Shown: positions 7,814 to 16,032 of the stretch, piece by piece
Numbering within the stretch: position 1 is the first letter of the stretch
Layout of the letters: every line of letters starts with the position of its first letter
IMG/VR virus record: IMGVR_UViG_3300032216_001682
Coordinates: 1 to 33,619 of that record
Strand: one strand, 5' to 3'
Origin: a virus
Lineage: Duplodnaviria > Caudoviricetes
Length of the DNA: 33,619 bases
Position numbers and translations under genes: made by a program
The notes under the pieces: generated by a model
Databases searched by the model: none
The model's input: the letters and a program-made list of their open reading frames with translations, nothing else
What the model was told of the DNA's origin: nothing

Positions 7814-8247
7814 GGCTTCACCTCCAAGGCTGCGCGGGCCGCCACCCATTCAGGCGGGTCTTTCCACTCTGTTTTTCCGCCCATATCATCCGCCCACTTG
7901 GCTCCGCAGCAATCGCAAATTTCCCAGAGAAACCCGCCACGGTGCGTTTCTTCGTGCTGGCATGTGTGGCGTTCGTCGCGGTCGAGTAGGTTCTTCAGCG
8001 CTTCCCGCAGCCGCGCGTTCTCGGCGCGGAGGGCGTCTGCTTCAGCGGAAGTTGGGCATGGCCCAATGTACTCTGCCCAGGATTGACCGGCCAACAATTC
8101 GGGGGTCTGCAATTTTGAGCTTCCGATAATTGCCCATTTTTTCAGGTCAGCAACCCAAAGGGCGACTGAATCAGCAATGTAATGTTCGCCCGTGACATCC
8201 TGGTTCAACGGCACGCCGGGCTTGTCGGGGTCGGGCCAACCGCTCAT
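7810..8247 (-). CDS. Hypothetical protein with coiled coil and Cys/His cluster
   Basis: ATGA-coupled, with HTCQHEETH...ICDCCG. Confidence 0.7.
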   Translation of the reverse strand: MSGWPDPDKPGVPLNQDVTGEHYIADSVALWVADLKKWAIIGSSKLQTPELLAGQSWAEYIGPCPTSAEADALRAENARLREALKNLLDRDERHTCQHEETHRGGFLWEICDCCGAKWADDMGGKTEWKDPPEWVAARAALEVKP

Positions 8248-8549
8248 GGCTTCACCCCCGGCGCTGCTGCGAGCATGATCCGATATCCATCAGCCCAAAG
8301 CAGATCAGTGTGAGAAGCCCAATCTGCGCGAAGAACCGCTTCCAGCATTTTATCAGTTGGCTCAACAGGCACCACAGCCCACCCTGCCGCGCGGATTGCG
8401 GTGAGGGCGGCTTCCGCTTCCGCCTCACGATAGTACCGCTCAACTTTGCTGGTGTACTCCCACTTGGATTGCCCCCTATAAACCGAATCTTGCATCGCCT
8501 TGGCCATGCACTCGACAAGGTCGGCTTCGTCTTTTGCTGGTTCGCTCAT
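8244..8549 (-). CDS. Hypothetical protein
   Basis: ATGA-coupled. Contains the GWAVVPVEPTDKML...YRIMLAAAP motif common in phage early genes. Confidence 0.7.
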   Translation of the reverse strand: MSEPAKDEADLVECMAKAMQDSVYRGQSKWEYTSKVERYYREAEAEAALTAIRAAGWAVVPVEPTDKMLEAVLRADWASHTDLLWADGYRIMLAAAPGVKP

Positions 8550-8806
8550 GACTCATGCTCCGGGGCGATCATTTTCCCGGCGTCGGCAGAATGATCGGCC
8601 TCTGGCGTGAGGGCAGCGCGGGCCATGCGCCAGAGGGCGCGGCGTTGCTCTACCGCATCGCCCGGCATGGCAGCGTTTGCGGCGATTCCGCGCAGCGCCT
8701 CCCGCAGGCCATCCCGCTCATCAAGCAGCGCAATCATGTGGCGGCTTTCGACCATGACCACGGCCGGGCCAGCGGCGATGATGGCGCGGAACTCTTCGTC
8801 GGTCAT
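8546..8806 (-). CDS. Hypothetical protein
   Basis: ATGA-coupled to both neighbours; GAGGT SD. Confidence 0.65.
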   Translation of the reverse strand: MTDEEFRAIIAAGPAVVMVESRHMIALLDERDGLREALRGIAANAAMPGDAVEQRRALWRMARAALTPEADHSADAGKMIAPEHES

Positions 8807-9681
8807 GCCGCCACCTCTTGCTTGACGGCCGCAGCCACCTCCAGCGCTTCCATCAGCTGGTCCTCAACGTGCTGAGCGGCGTCGGCGTCATGGTTTGCGC
8901 GGACGTTCTCAACGTGCGGGGCCATCGTCGCCCACCAGGCGCTCAGCGCGTCCCAGCCCTCGCCGGCCAATGCCTGCATGGTGCGCTTAACCGCCATTAC
9001 CCAGCGGTCGAGAGACGGGTCCGTCACCAGCGTGGCGTCGCGCGTCAGGCGCTGCAGCGGCGTGCTGTCCTCTGCCTGGACAGGTGCCGCCTGGCGCACA
9101 TAAGGCGCCGCAGCGTCAACCGTGGGGCCGCGTGCGGGGGGCATGGGTTCGGCCGGCATGTCCTGCGCCTCTTCCTGCGTAATCAGGCCGCGCATGGCGT
9201 CGGCGTAAACGTCGCGCAGCAGGAAGCCGCGCGCCCGCAACTGCATCATCCGGTCGGGGTATTGCTGCCACGGGCCTTGCTTGCCCCACAGCGCCGCCTT
9301 CTTGGCATCGGCCACAGAGAAGGTGCGGCGCTCGGCCTTGGGTGCGCCTCGGCGCTTGGTTTCGCACCACCCAAAGCGGGCCTCGCCCTCGCCCTCGACG
9401 CCTTCGGTGATGTATTCGCAGGCCGGATGCGAGCGGGCCAGAGCAATGGCGGCGTCGCCCCAGACGCTGGGCCGGCCATTGATGACCGCAATGTTCTGGA
9501 TAGCCTGTAGCGGGCCAAGGCCAATTTCCGCGCCCCACTGCATTGCCACCATGACGTTGCCGGGTTTTCCTCGAAAATCCTTTGGCACCATGTCGCTGTT
9601 GGCCAGCATCGTGGCAAAGTGCTGGGCTTCGGAGAAGTTGCTGGGGGCAAGCGCGTTGCCCATGCGGGTTGTCAGGCTCAT
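8803..9681 (-). CDS. recT: Single-strand annealing protein (RecT/Red-beta superfamily)
   Basis: SDMVPKDFRGKPGNVMVAMQWGAEIGLGPLQAIQNIAVINGRPSVWGD...WQQYPDRMMQLRARGF. AAGGA SD before 9681. Confidence 0.8.
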   Translation of the reverse strand: MSLTTRMGNALAPSNFSEAQHFATMLANSDMVPKDFRGKPGNVMVAMQWGAEIGLGPLQAIQNIAVINGRPSVWGDAAIALARSHPACEYITEGVEGEGEARFGWCETKRRGAPKAERRTFSVADAKKAALWGKQGPWQQYPDRMMQLRARGFLLRDVYADAMRGLITQEEAQDMPAEPMPPARGPTVDAAAPYVRQAAPVQAEDSTPLQRLTRDATLVTDPSLDRWVMAVKRTMQALAGEGWDALSAWWATMAPHVENVRANHDADAAQHVEDQLMEALEVAAAVKQEVAA

Positions 9682-10145
9682 GTTGATTTCCTTGCGTTGA
9701 TGCGGAGACTTGGCGCCCCGCCATTTGATAGGGTGCAACCGGCGACGGGCGTGCCGGCGTTCAGCAGCTTGAGGATTGCCGCCTTATCGGGGCTCGGCGG
9801 CGGTTGCCGCATCAGCTCGGCCGGAATGGCGTCGATGTCGGTGATGCGCACGCCATCGCGGGCGGCGCTGATCGTGTAGGTGTGGTGCTTGCCCTCGATC
9901 GGCAGCACCTTGCTGGGCAGCTCCTGCAGGACCATGGCGAAGCGCTCGCGCATGTCTTTGCAGGCGGCCTCAATGCCGGTGGCCATGGCCTCGGCCATAG
10001 CAATGGCGTCACCCAGCGCAGCGGCGGCGGTAGGGGCGTCCTCGGCCGTGGCGACCCTGGCCAGCGCGGCGCGGACGGCAAACGGCAAGGCGGCGCTATC
10101 CGCGTGCGCCTCGGCCGTCTCTGCGATCATGGCAAGGATGCTCAT
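9678..10145 (-). CDS. Siphovirus Gp157-like protein
   Basis: C-terminal VRITDIDAIPAELMRQPPPSPDKAAILKLLNAGTPVAG; adjacent to the annealing protein. Confidence 0.7.
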   Translation of the reverse strand: MSILAMIAETAEAHADSAALPFAVRAALARVATAEDAPTAAAALGDAIAMAEAMATGIEAACKDMRERFAMVLQELPSKVLPIEGKHHTYTISAARDGVRITDIDAIPAELMRQPPPSPDKAAILKLLNAGTPVAGCTLSNGGAPSLRINARKST

Positions 10146-10423
10146 ACCTCGCCCTTCCAGGCGCGGGCGGCCATGTCCAGGCAGCGCATGGCGTCGGTCA
10201 CGTCATTGATGCCGAGAGCGATCACCGCCTCAGACAGCCAGGCCGTGGCGGTGTATTGATGCTTCAGCGGCAGATCGGCGCCGGCGCGGCGGATCAGGGT
10301 GGCGGTGCGCTGCGTGGCGGCCATGTCGCCCAGCAGCGGGCGCTCATCGCGCACCATGACGGCGCCGGCGGGGATCGGCGGAATGCGGATCGGGTCGGGA
10401 AAGCGGATGACGGTCGCGCTCAT
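10142..10423 (-). CDS. Hypothetical protein
   Basis: ATGA-coupled within the early-left operon. Confidence 0.65.
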   Translation of the reverse strand: MSATVIRFPDPIRIPPIPAGAVMVRDERPLLGDMAATQRTATLIRRAGADLPLKHQYTATAWLSEAVIALGINDVTDAMRCLDMAARAWKGEV

Positions 10424-10782
10424 GCTGCGCGCCCCTGGATCAGCGCGTTCAGCGCAGCAACGCCGCGCTGGAAAACAGCGTCGCTGCGGTCGTCGTCGAT
10501 CCGGGTGTTGATCTCGCAGTTGCTGATAAAGGTGTCGATGCGGCTACGCAGCGGGGCCAGCGCGGCCTCCAATGCCGCCGCGACCTCGGCCACAAGCTCA
10601 TCGCCGCCGCAGCCGCTGGCGATGTCAGAGCGCTGGTCCCAGACCTCATTGAGCAGGCCGCAGAGGCTCTCCAGGCGGAGCGCGGCAGCGGAGAAGCGCT
10701 CGGTGGGCGTCTCGCTGTAATCGGCGTCAAAGGCGTAAGGGCTGGCCGGGTGATCGGCGCGGAAATCGTCGGGGTAGGACAT
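10420..10782 (-). CDS. Hypothetical protein, first gene of the early-left operon
   Basis: GGAGG SD before the ATG at 10782; acidic protein. Confidence 0.65.
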   Translation of the reverse strand: MSYPDDFRADHPASPYAFDADYSETPTERFSAAALRLESLCGLLNEVWDQRSDIASGCGGDELVAEVAAALEAALAPLRSRIDTFISNCEINTRIDDDRSDAVFQRGVAALNALIQGRAA

Positions 10783-10815
10783 CGGGGCCTCCATCGTCGG
10801 TGTTGCGATGGAGGC

Positions 10816-10867
10816 TTTATGGCAACTAATTTGCCGTTACGCAAGCGGTTTTAGCAAAAAAATTGCC
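10816..10867 (-). promoter_or_regulatory. PL-like promoter with two repressor operators
   Basis: Minus-strand TTGCGT-N17-CATAAA. Operators GGCAACTAATTTGCC (10821-10835, in the spacer) and AGCAAAAAAATTGCC (10853-10867). Confidence 0.75.
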
Positions 10868-10973
10868 ACTATCAAAAAAATGCCGCACGTCACATTTTTG
10901 TGTTGCCTTAGCGCAATTTGCTAAAATATTGTGAAGCCATCATGGGAAAAGCGCAATTTACCAGGATGATAAT

Positions 10974-10989
10974 CCCCCCCCCCCCCCCC
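10974..10989. repeat. C16/G16 homopolymer
   Basis: 16 consecutive C in the intergenic region downstream of cI. Confidence 0.9.
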
Positions 10990-11020
10990 GGAAGCATATA
11001 ATCCAATAGCGGGGGTTGCG

Positions 11021-11350
11021 TTATGATTTCGGTCCGATGGCGGGTGCCGGGACAGGCCGCTCCGGTGAAGCCGCCGAAATTTCCGCTTCTGCCCTGGCCA
11101 AATCGTCCGCCACGTCGCCAGGCAGGCCAAAAGTCATGCCCCGATAAAGGTAGTCCATTGTCATGCCATATCGAGCGCAAAACAGAGTCATGAGGTACTC
11201 GTTCGGGTAGGCTCTGCCGCCCGTCCAGTTTCCAAACTTGCTTGTCGTCACGCCAAGGAATTTTGCCGCCTCAACGGTTTTGACGCCGCGAAGCTCCATA
11301 AATAATCTGAGTCTTTCGGCCACTCGGGCCATGTGCAGGCTGCTGGTCAT
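11021..11350 (-). CDS. cI: CI-like immunity repressor (XRE HTH only, no S24 peptidase domain)
   Basis: ERLRLFMELRGVKTVEAAKFLGVTTSKFGNWTGGRAYP...MDYLYRG; divergent from cro. The start is uncertain (11350 or 11332). Confidence 0.8.
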   Translation of the reverse strand: MTSSLHMARVAERLRLFMELRGVKTVEAAKFLGVTTSKFGNWTGGRAYPNEYLMTLFCARYGMTMDYLYRGMTFGLPGDVADDLARAEAEISAASPERPVPAPAIGPKS

Positions 11351-11351
11351 A

Positions 11352-11430
11352 GGCAAACTGTTTGCCGTAGTTCCGTCTCGGCGGGGTGGCAAAAAATAGG
11401 CTTGCGGTATGGCAAATAATTTGCCATTTA
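11352..11430. promoter_or_regulatory. OR/PR switch region
   Basis: GGCAAACTGTTTGCC (11352-11366), a half site at 11388 and GGCAAATAATTTGCC (11411-11425). The last lies within TTGCGG-N17-CATTTA. Confidence 0.8.
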
Positions 11431-11438
11431 TCGTCGCC

Positions 11439-11648
11439 ATGAGTGAACATCCTTTAGCGGCAGCAGTGGCGACGGCCGGCGGCGTGACAGCGCTCTGCAA
11501 AAGTCTCGGCATCAGCGTTCGGACCTATTCGTCATGGAGGAACGGCGTTCCTGCGGTGCGGGTGATTAGCGTTTCTGAGGCCACTGGCATTTCACCAGCA
11601 AAGCTCAACCCGGACCTGGCCGCCGCGTTTGCGAGCGCCACGCCATGA
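11439..11648 (+). CDS. cro: Cro-like (YdaS-type) repressor
   Basis: AGGVTALCKSLGISVRTYSSWRNGVPAVRVISVSEATGISPAKLNPDL. Confidence 0.85.
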   Translation: MSEHPLAAAVATAGGVTALCKSLGISVRTYSSWRNGVPAVRVISVSEATGISPAKLNPDLAAAFASATP

Positions 11649-12166
11649 ACCACCTTGAACTGCGCGCCATCATCCGGGCCAATCCCACCGAGCCCCCGGC
11701 GGCCATTGCCGCGCGCGTTGGCATGTCTGTGTCGGCGGTGGGCTATGCGCGGTCCTACTTGATCCGCATTGGCCAAGTGGCGCCGCTTAAGCCGGCCAAC
11801 CGGCCAATTACCGCCGCAGAGCGCGAAACGATCATTGCTATGCGGCGAGAGCTGCGCAGCTTTGAAGAAATCCGCGCTCACACCGGGCGCGGCATGGGCA
11901 CGCTCACGGATATTGTTCGCGCGGCGATCAACGCCGGCGAGCTGCCGCCCGTTAAGCGGGTAGAGGTCCGGATTACCGCGCCCGAGCCAAGGCGACGCCC
12001 AGCTCCCGAGGTGCGGCTGGGCCTGAATATGACCGACTGCGAGCGCAGCGCCGTCGCCAGCCTGCGGCAGAGCGGTCATCGCGGCACTGACCTTGAATTG
12101 CTCAGCATTTACAGGGGTTTTGTTGCTCGAAAGGCGCATGTCCATGCCGAGAGAATGCAGGCATGA
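11645..12166 (+). CDS. Putative DNA-binding protein with two HTH-like segments
   Basis: AAIAARVGMSVSAV and SFEEIRAHTGRGMGTL; coupled to cro. Confidence 0.65.
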   Translation: MNHLELRAIIRANPTEPPAAIAARVGMSVSAVGYARSYLIRIGQVAPLKPANRPITAAERETIIAMRRELRSFEEIRAHTGRGMGTLTDIVRAAINAGELPPVKRVEVRITAPEPRRRPAPEVRLGLNMTDCERSAVASLRQSGHRGTDLELLSIYRGFVARKAHVHAERMQA

Positions 12167-12474
12167 GCGAGCAAAACGCTATGCCCCGCAATGGCAATGA
12201 CGCCGCCGCCGCTGTCACGCTCGCGTGTGCAGTGCATGGCTACAAGCGCGGGCTTTTTCTCGTCGCTGCCATGCTCGGCATCAAGCCTGATACGGCGCGC
12301 AAGCTGGCGCAGGGCGTCACCAGCGGCGCCACCATTCCGACTGAAACAGCCGTAGCCGCCCGCCTGGAATTTTCCCGGCAGCGGTCGGCACAACTGCGTG
12401 CAGAGCTGCGCGCCCTGGAGAGCCATGACGCCTTACTTGCTGATAATCGCCTCGGCGTTGATTTGGCTCAGTGA
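12163..12474 (+). CDS. Hypothetical HTH-like protein (CII position)
   Basis: VAAMLGIKPDTARKL; ATGA coupling. Confidence 0.6.
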   Translation: MSEQNAMPRNGNDAAAAVTLACAVHGYKRGLFLVAAMLGIKPDTARKLAQGVTSGATIPTETAVAARLEFSRQRSAQLRAELRALESHDALLADNRLGVDLAQ

Positions 12475-12532
12475 GCGATGCGACGACATCGCCGAGGCGG
12501 CGTTGCGCTGCGTTGCCCGGCTGCGGGGCTAA
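12425..12532 (+). CDS. Small hydrophobic peptide, 35 aa (not in the ORF track)
   Basis: GGAG SD; MTPYLLIIASALIWLSERCDDIAEAALRCVARLRG. Confidence 0.5.
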   Translation: MTPYLLIIASALIWLSERCDDIAEAALRCVARLRG

Positions 12533-12535
12533 GCC

Positions 12536-12664
12536 ATGATCTGGCTGGGCATCACAATCGGCGCGGTAATCGGCGCGGCCATCCCCGGCGCGCTGCTTTG
12601 GTGGGCGAGCGTCTCGGCCGAGCGCGATTTCCGGAAAGATGACCGGGGGCCGCATGGCCTTTGA
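12536..12664 (+). CDS. Small single-TM peptide, 42 aa (not in the ORF track)
   Basis: MIWLGITIGAVIGAAIPGALLWWASVSAERDFRKDDRGPHGL; fills a gap in the operon. Confidence 0.55.
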   Translation: MIWLGITIGAVIGAAIPGALLWWASVSAERDFRKDDRGPHGL

Positions 12665-12914
12665 ACAAGCTTCCCGGGAGTCCTTCCCACCGGGCGAGGC
12701 GGTGAGCGCTGCTCCCGCGCAAACTGCCCCGGTCGCTGCGCCAACGGCGGCCGGGGGCTCTTTGCCTCGCATGGTTGCGTTCCTGCCCGTCCTCACATGC
12801 AGCCGCTGCTCTGCACAACACGTCTATGGCGGCGGCCATGACTGCCTTGAGGCCATGCAGACGGCCCGGGCCGTGATGCTGTGCCAAGCGATCATGGGGG
12901 GCATCAGAATATGA
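12654..12914 (+). CDS. Hypothetical protein with CxxC...HxC cluster
   Basis: TCSRCSAQHVYGGGHDC. The start is uncertain. Confidence 0.45.
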   Translation: MAFEQASRESFPPGEAVSAAPAQTAPVAAPTAAGGSLPRMVAFLPVLTCSRCSAQHVYGGGHDCLEAMQTARAVMLCQAIMGGIRI

Positions 12915-13009
12915 GCAGCTTGGACCTCATCGCCGGATTTGCCTTTGGCGCGGCTGCTACTTTGATCGCGTGCGGTGCCGTCGCTTGGTGGCTGGGGGGC
13001 GGCGAATGA
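12911..13009 (+). CDS. Small single-TM peptide, 32 aa (not in the ORF track)
   Basis: MSSLDLIAGFAFGAAATLIACGAVAWWLGGGE; ATGA overlap at both ends. Confidence 0.6.
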   Translation: MSSLDLIAGFAFGAAATLIACGAVAWWLGGGE

Positions 13010-13179
13010 GTGCGCCCGACACAGACACGCTCAACCGCTGGAGGGCCACGCTGGCCAGCTATGGCGGGGCCTATGCCGCTGCGGCTTACACGCTGGGGAT
13101 CACTGAGGCGCTTTTGCGGAAATGGTGTCCGCCTCCAAAGGCGAAGGCGCCATACCGGCCTGTCAGGCGGTTTCGGTGA
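13006..13179 (+). CDS. Small HTH-like protein
   Basis: YAAAAYTLGITEALLRKW; ATGA/GTGA coupling. Confidence 0.55.
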   Translation: MSAPDTDTLNRWRATLASYGGAYAAAAYTLGITEALLRKWCPPPKAKAPYRPVRRFR

Positions 13180-13559
13180 TCCAGATAACGCTGCCCCTGC
13201 CGCCATCCGCTAACCGCATGTGGCGCATGATGCGCGGCCAGATGCGCAAGAGCCCGGAATATCGCGCCTGGATGGCTGATGCGGCCGTTCTGGTGGCCGT
13301 CCAGGCCGGTGGCGACCAAGCCCAGTGGTTTGGCTGCTCCATCGTGCTGCCGGCCACCAGGCGCGACCCAGACAACAGTGTCAAGGCGATTTGCGATGCC
13401 CTGCAGGCCGGTGGTGCCGTGCAGAATGACCGCATGCTGCGCCGGCTGGAGCTGAGCGTGGACGACACCCGCGCCGAGGCTGATGGCGCCCTGATCCGCG
13501 TGTGGGCGACCGATGCGCCAGCGCCAAAACCCCGCAAGAGGAACCCCCGCAATGGATGA
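13176..13559 (+). CDS. rusA: RusA-family Holliday junction resolvase
   Basis: LPLPPSANRMWR...RRDPDNSVKAICDALQ...ND. Confidence 0.85.
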   Translation: MIQITLPLPPSANRMWRMMRGQMRKSPEYRAWMADAAVLVAVQAGGDQAQWFGCSIVLPATRRDPDNSVKAICDALQAGGAVQNDRMLRRLELSVDDTRAEADGALIRVWATDAPAPKPRKRNPRNG

Positions 13560-13866
13560 AATCCAAGTCCGCACGGTGCCGCTGCGCGAGCTGGCCCGGC
13601 ATGTGTCGGAAGCCTACGGCGTCAGCACTGCCGACCTCGTGAGCGAGCGTCTGAGTGGCGAAATCGTGCGCGCCAGGCTGTGCCTCTACTGGCTCGCCCG
13701 GCACCACACGCTGCACTCCTACCCGACCATCGGGCGCGTGCTGCGGCGGGACCATACCACAGTCCTGAGCGGCCAGCGCAAGCACGCAGCGCGGATGCAG
13801 AGCGATCCGCAGGCCGCGCGGATCACGTCCGAAATCGAAGCCAAAATTTGTGAGGTGACGGCATGA
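13552..13866 (+). CDS. DnaA C-terminal-like HTH protein
   Basis: IVRARLCLYWLARHHTLHSYPTIGRVLRRDHTTVLSG matches the DnaA domain IV signature. Confidence 0.85.
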   Translation: MDEIQVRTVPLRELARHVSEAYGVSTADLVSERLSGEIVRARLCLYWLARHHTLHSYPTIGRVLRRDHTTVLSGQRKHAARMQSDPQAARITSEIEAKICEVTA

Positions 13867-14402
13867 GCGAACGTCAACCCGTGTCCCTAAAACTGCGCTT
13901 TGACGTGTTCAAGCGCGATGGGTTCATCTGCCAATACTGCGGCGCGCATCCGCCGGCTGTTGTGCTGGAATGCGACCACATCACGCCTGTGGCGCTTGGT
14001 GGCGGCAGTGAAATTGAAAACCTAGTTACCGCCTGCTTTGAGTGCAATCGGGGCAAGGGTGCTGGCAGCCTGCATGTGGCGCCTCAGTCGCTTGCCGATA
14101 AAGCGGCGGAAGTGAGCGAGCGTGAGGCGCAGTTGCGCGGCTACGCCGAGGTGATGGAGGCCCGGCGCCTGCGCATTGAGGAGGAGGCGTGGTGTGTGTT
14201 GGCGCTGCTTTATCCCGGCCAGGATACGGTGCCGCGTGATTCACTCCTCAGCGTCAAGCGGTTCATTGAGAAACTGGGCTTCCATGGTGTCCTTCATGCA
14301 GCGGAAATTGCATGTGGTGGCCCCGCCTATGGCAGCCGCGTGTTTAAGTATTTTTGCGGAGTTTGCTGGGGGAAACTTAGGGATGCGGAGGCTTGCGAAT
14401 GA
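13863..14402 (+). CDS. HNH endonuclease with C-terminal helical domain
   Basis: LRFDVFKRDGFICQYCG...DHITPVALGG...NLVTACFECNRGK. Confidence 0.9.
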   Translation: MSERQPVSLKLRFDVFKRDGFICQYCGAHPPAVVLECDHITPVALGGGSEIENLVTACFECNRGKGAGSLHVAPQSLADKAAEVSEREAQLRGYAEVMEARRLRIEEEAWCVLALLYPGQDTVPRDSLLSVKRFIEKLGFHGVLHAAEIACGGPAYGSRVFKYFCGVCWGKLRDAEACE

Positions 14403-15325
14403 GCCGCCCATCGTTCCAATTTTACCCTGATAATTGGCGCAACAATTCCAACTTGCGGCGATGCTCCTGGGCGGCGCGCGGCGTGTGGGTGGAGGTGATC
14501 TGCCTCATGCACGACAGCGACCGTTACGGCACGCTGGGCTGGACGCTGAAGGAGATCGCGCAGGCGCTGGGCTGCCCGATGGCGCTGCTCAAGGAACTGG
14601 CCGCTAAAGGCGTGTTGAAGGGCTGCGACGCAGGCGAGTGCGAGCCCATGGTTTACACCCCACGCAGCGGCCGGAAGGATGGCGAGCCCATCACCCTGCT
14701 TGCCACCCAACCGGGGCCGATCTGGTATTCTAGCCGCATGCTGCGCGACGAATACGTCAGGCAGAATGCAGGTGCGTCTTCCCGGTTTGGTGGCACCAAA
14801 CAAGACACCTTGCCACCTGCTGGGGGCGCACCTGACCCTTCACCCAGCCGGCGGCGTGGTGAAGATCAAAGTGACGGCTCTACATCTTCATCTCCATCTC
14901 CACCTTCAGAAGTAAAAGAACCTTCGCTTCGCTCAGGGCTTTCGCCGGCTGCGCCGACGACGCCGGCCGGGCCAGCCTCGGCTGCTCCAGACGCCAGAAC
15001 AGCGCTTTTCCGAGAGGGCTTGGATCGGGCCGTCCGGCTGACCGGGAAGCCGCCGGCTGCATGCCGGGCGATGCTGGGCCGCTGGCTGCGGGATGCCGGC
15101 GACGATGCTGCGCTGCTCGGGCTGGTGCTGGCCGAGGCCGAGGTAAGCCGCCCGGCTGATCCCTCGGCGTGGGTTGTGGCGGCGATCCAGGCCCGTGTTG
15201 GGCTGAGACACAGCCCGCAGCGCCAGCCCGCCAACACCGGCCTACGCGCCGCCGCCCTGGCAAATTTCCAAAACGTGCGCCCGATTTTCGACCTTGAGAG
15301 CTTTGCCGAGGAGCTGCCGCAATGA
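14399..15325 (+). CDS. Putative replication initiator
   Basis: RPSFQFYPDNW...CSWAARGVWVEVICLMH N-terminal winged helix, an S/P-rich linker and a C-terminal helical domain. Confidence 0.7.
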   Translation: MSRPSFQFYPDNWRNNSNLRRCSWAARGVWVEVICLMHDSDRYGTLGWTLKEIAQALGCPMALLKELAAKGVLKGCDAGECEPMVYTPRSGRKDGEPITLLATQPGPIWYSSRMLRDEYVRQNAGASSRFGGTKQDTLPPAGGAPDPSPSRRRGEDQSDGSTSSSPSPPSEVKEPSLRSGLSPAAPTTPAGPASAAPDARTALFREGLDRAVRLTGKPPAACRAMLGRWLRDAGDDAALLGLVLAEAEVSRPADPSAWVVAAIQARVGLRHSPQRQPANTGLRAAALANFQNVRPIFDLESFAEELPQ

Positions 15326-16032
15326 ACGCCGTCACCCGCCTGCCGGCCCTGTCCCAGCCGCTCGCCATGGCCGTGGATGCCGAACTGCGCAGGCCAGCAG
15401 CGCACCCGGACGCAGGCCGTCAGCCCGTCCAGCCCATCGCTCCGCACCTGGCCGCCGAGGCCGAGCGCATGGCCCGCGCTGCCCAGGCCGCCATGATGCC
15501 GGCCAGCGCTGACGACATCGCGGCCTGGATTGGCCCGCTCAACGCCGCATGTCGCAACCCGCAATCCGCCGGCGACATCGCAGCCTGGGCCATGGCGGTT
15601 TCGTTCGCCGCTGACCGCATCCCGCGCCAGGCGTTTGGCCCCGATGCGCTGCGGGATTTGATGGCGGCCAGCGCGTTTTTTCCGGCGGCCGCTGACGTGA
15701 TGGCCATCGTCCAGCCCGAGGCCAACAGGCTCGCCGCCAAGCTGCGGGCCTTGCGCGCCATCGCAAGCCGGCCCACCAGCGCGCCGGCCAAGTCAGAGCC
15801 CGACGCCGCCCCGTTCGCCCTGACGCCAGAGCAGCAGGCCGCGCTGGCCGCGATGAAGGCCCCCAAGCGCGCAGCCGCCGTCACGGCCGCCGCTCGCCCG
15901 GCCCATCCCGCAGTCCTGCTGGCCGGCTACCGCGAGCAGCTGGCGCGCGGCGGGCTCATGGCCGAGGCGGCGCGGATCAGGATTGCCAAGCTGGAGGCGG
16001 ATTTTCCGGAGCTGGCCGAGGCTGTCCAATGA
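15322..16032 (+). CDS. Replication-associated protein (helicase loader position)
   Basis: Coupled to the initiator; FFPAAADV motif. Confidence 0.55.
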   Translation: MNAVTRLPALSQPLAMAVDAELRRPAAHPDAGRQPVQPIAPHLAAEAERMARAAQAAMMPASADDIAAWIGPLNAACRNPQSAGDIAAWAMAVSFAADRIPRQAFGPDALRDLMAASAFFPAAADVMAIVQPEANRLAAKLRALRAIASRPTSAPAKSEPDAAPFALTPEQQAALAAMKAPKRAAAVTAAARPAHPAVLLAGYREQLARGGLMAEAARIRIAKLEADFPELAEAVQ

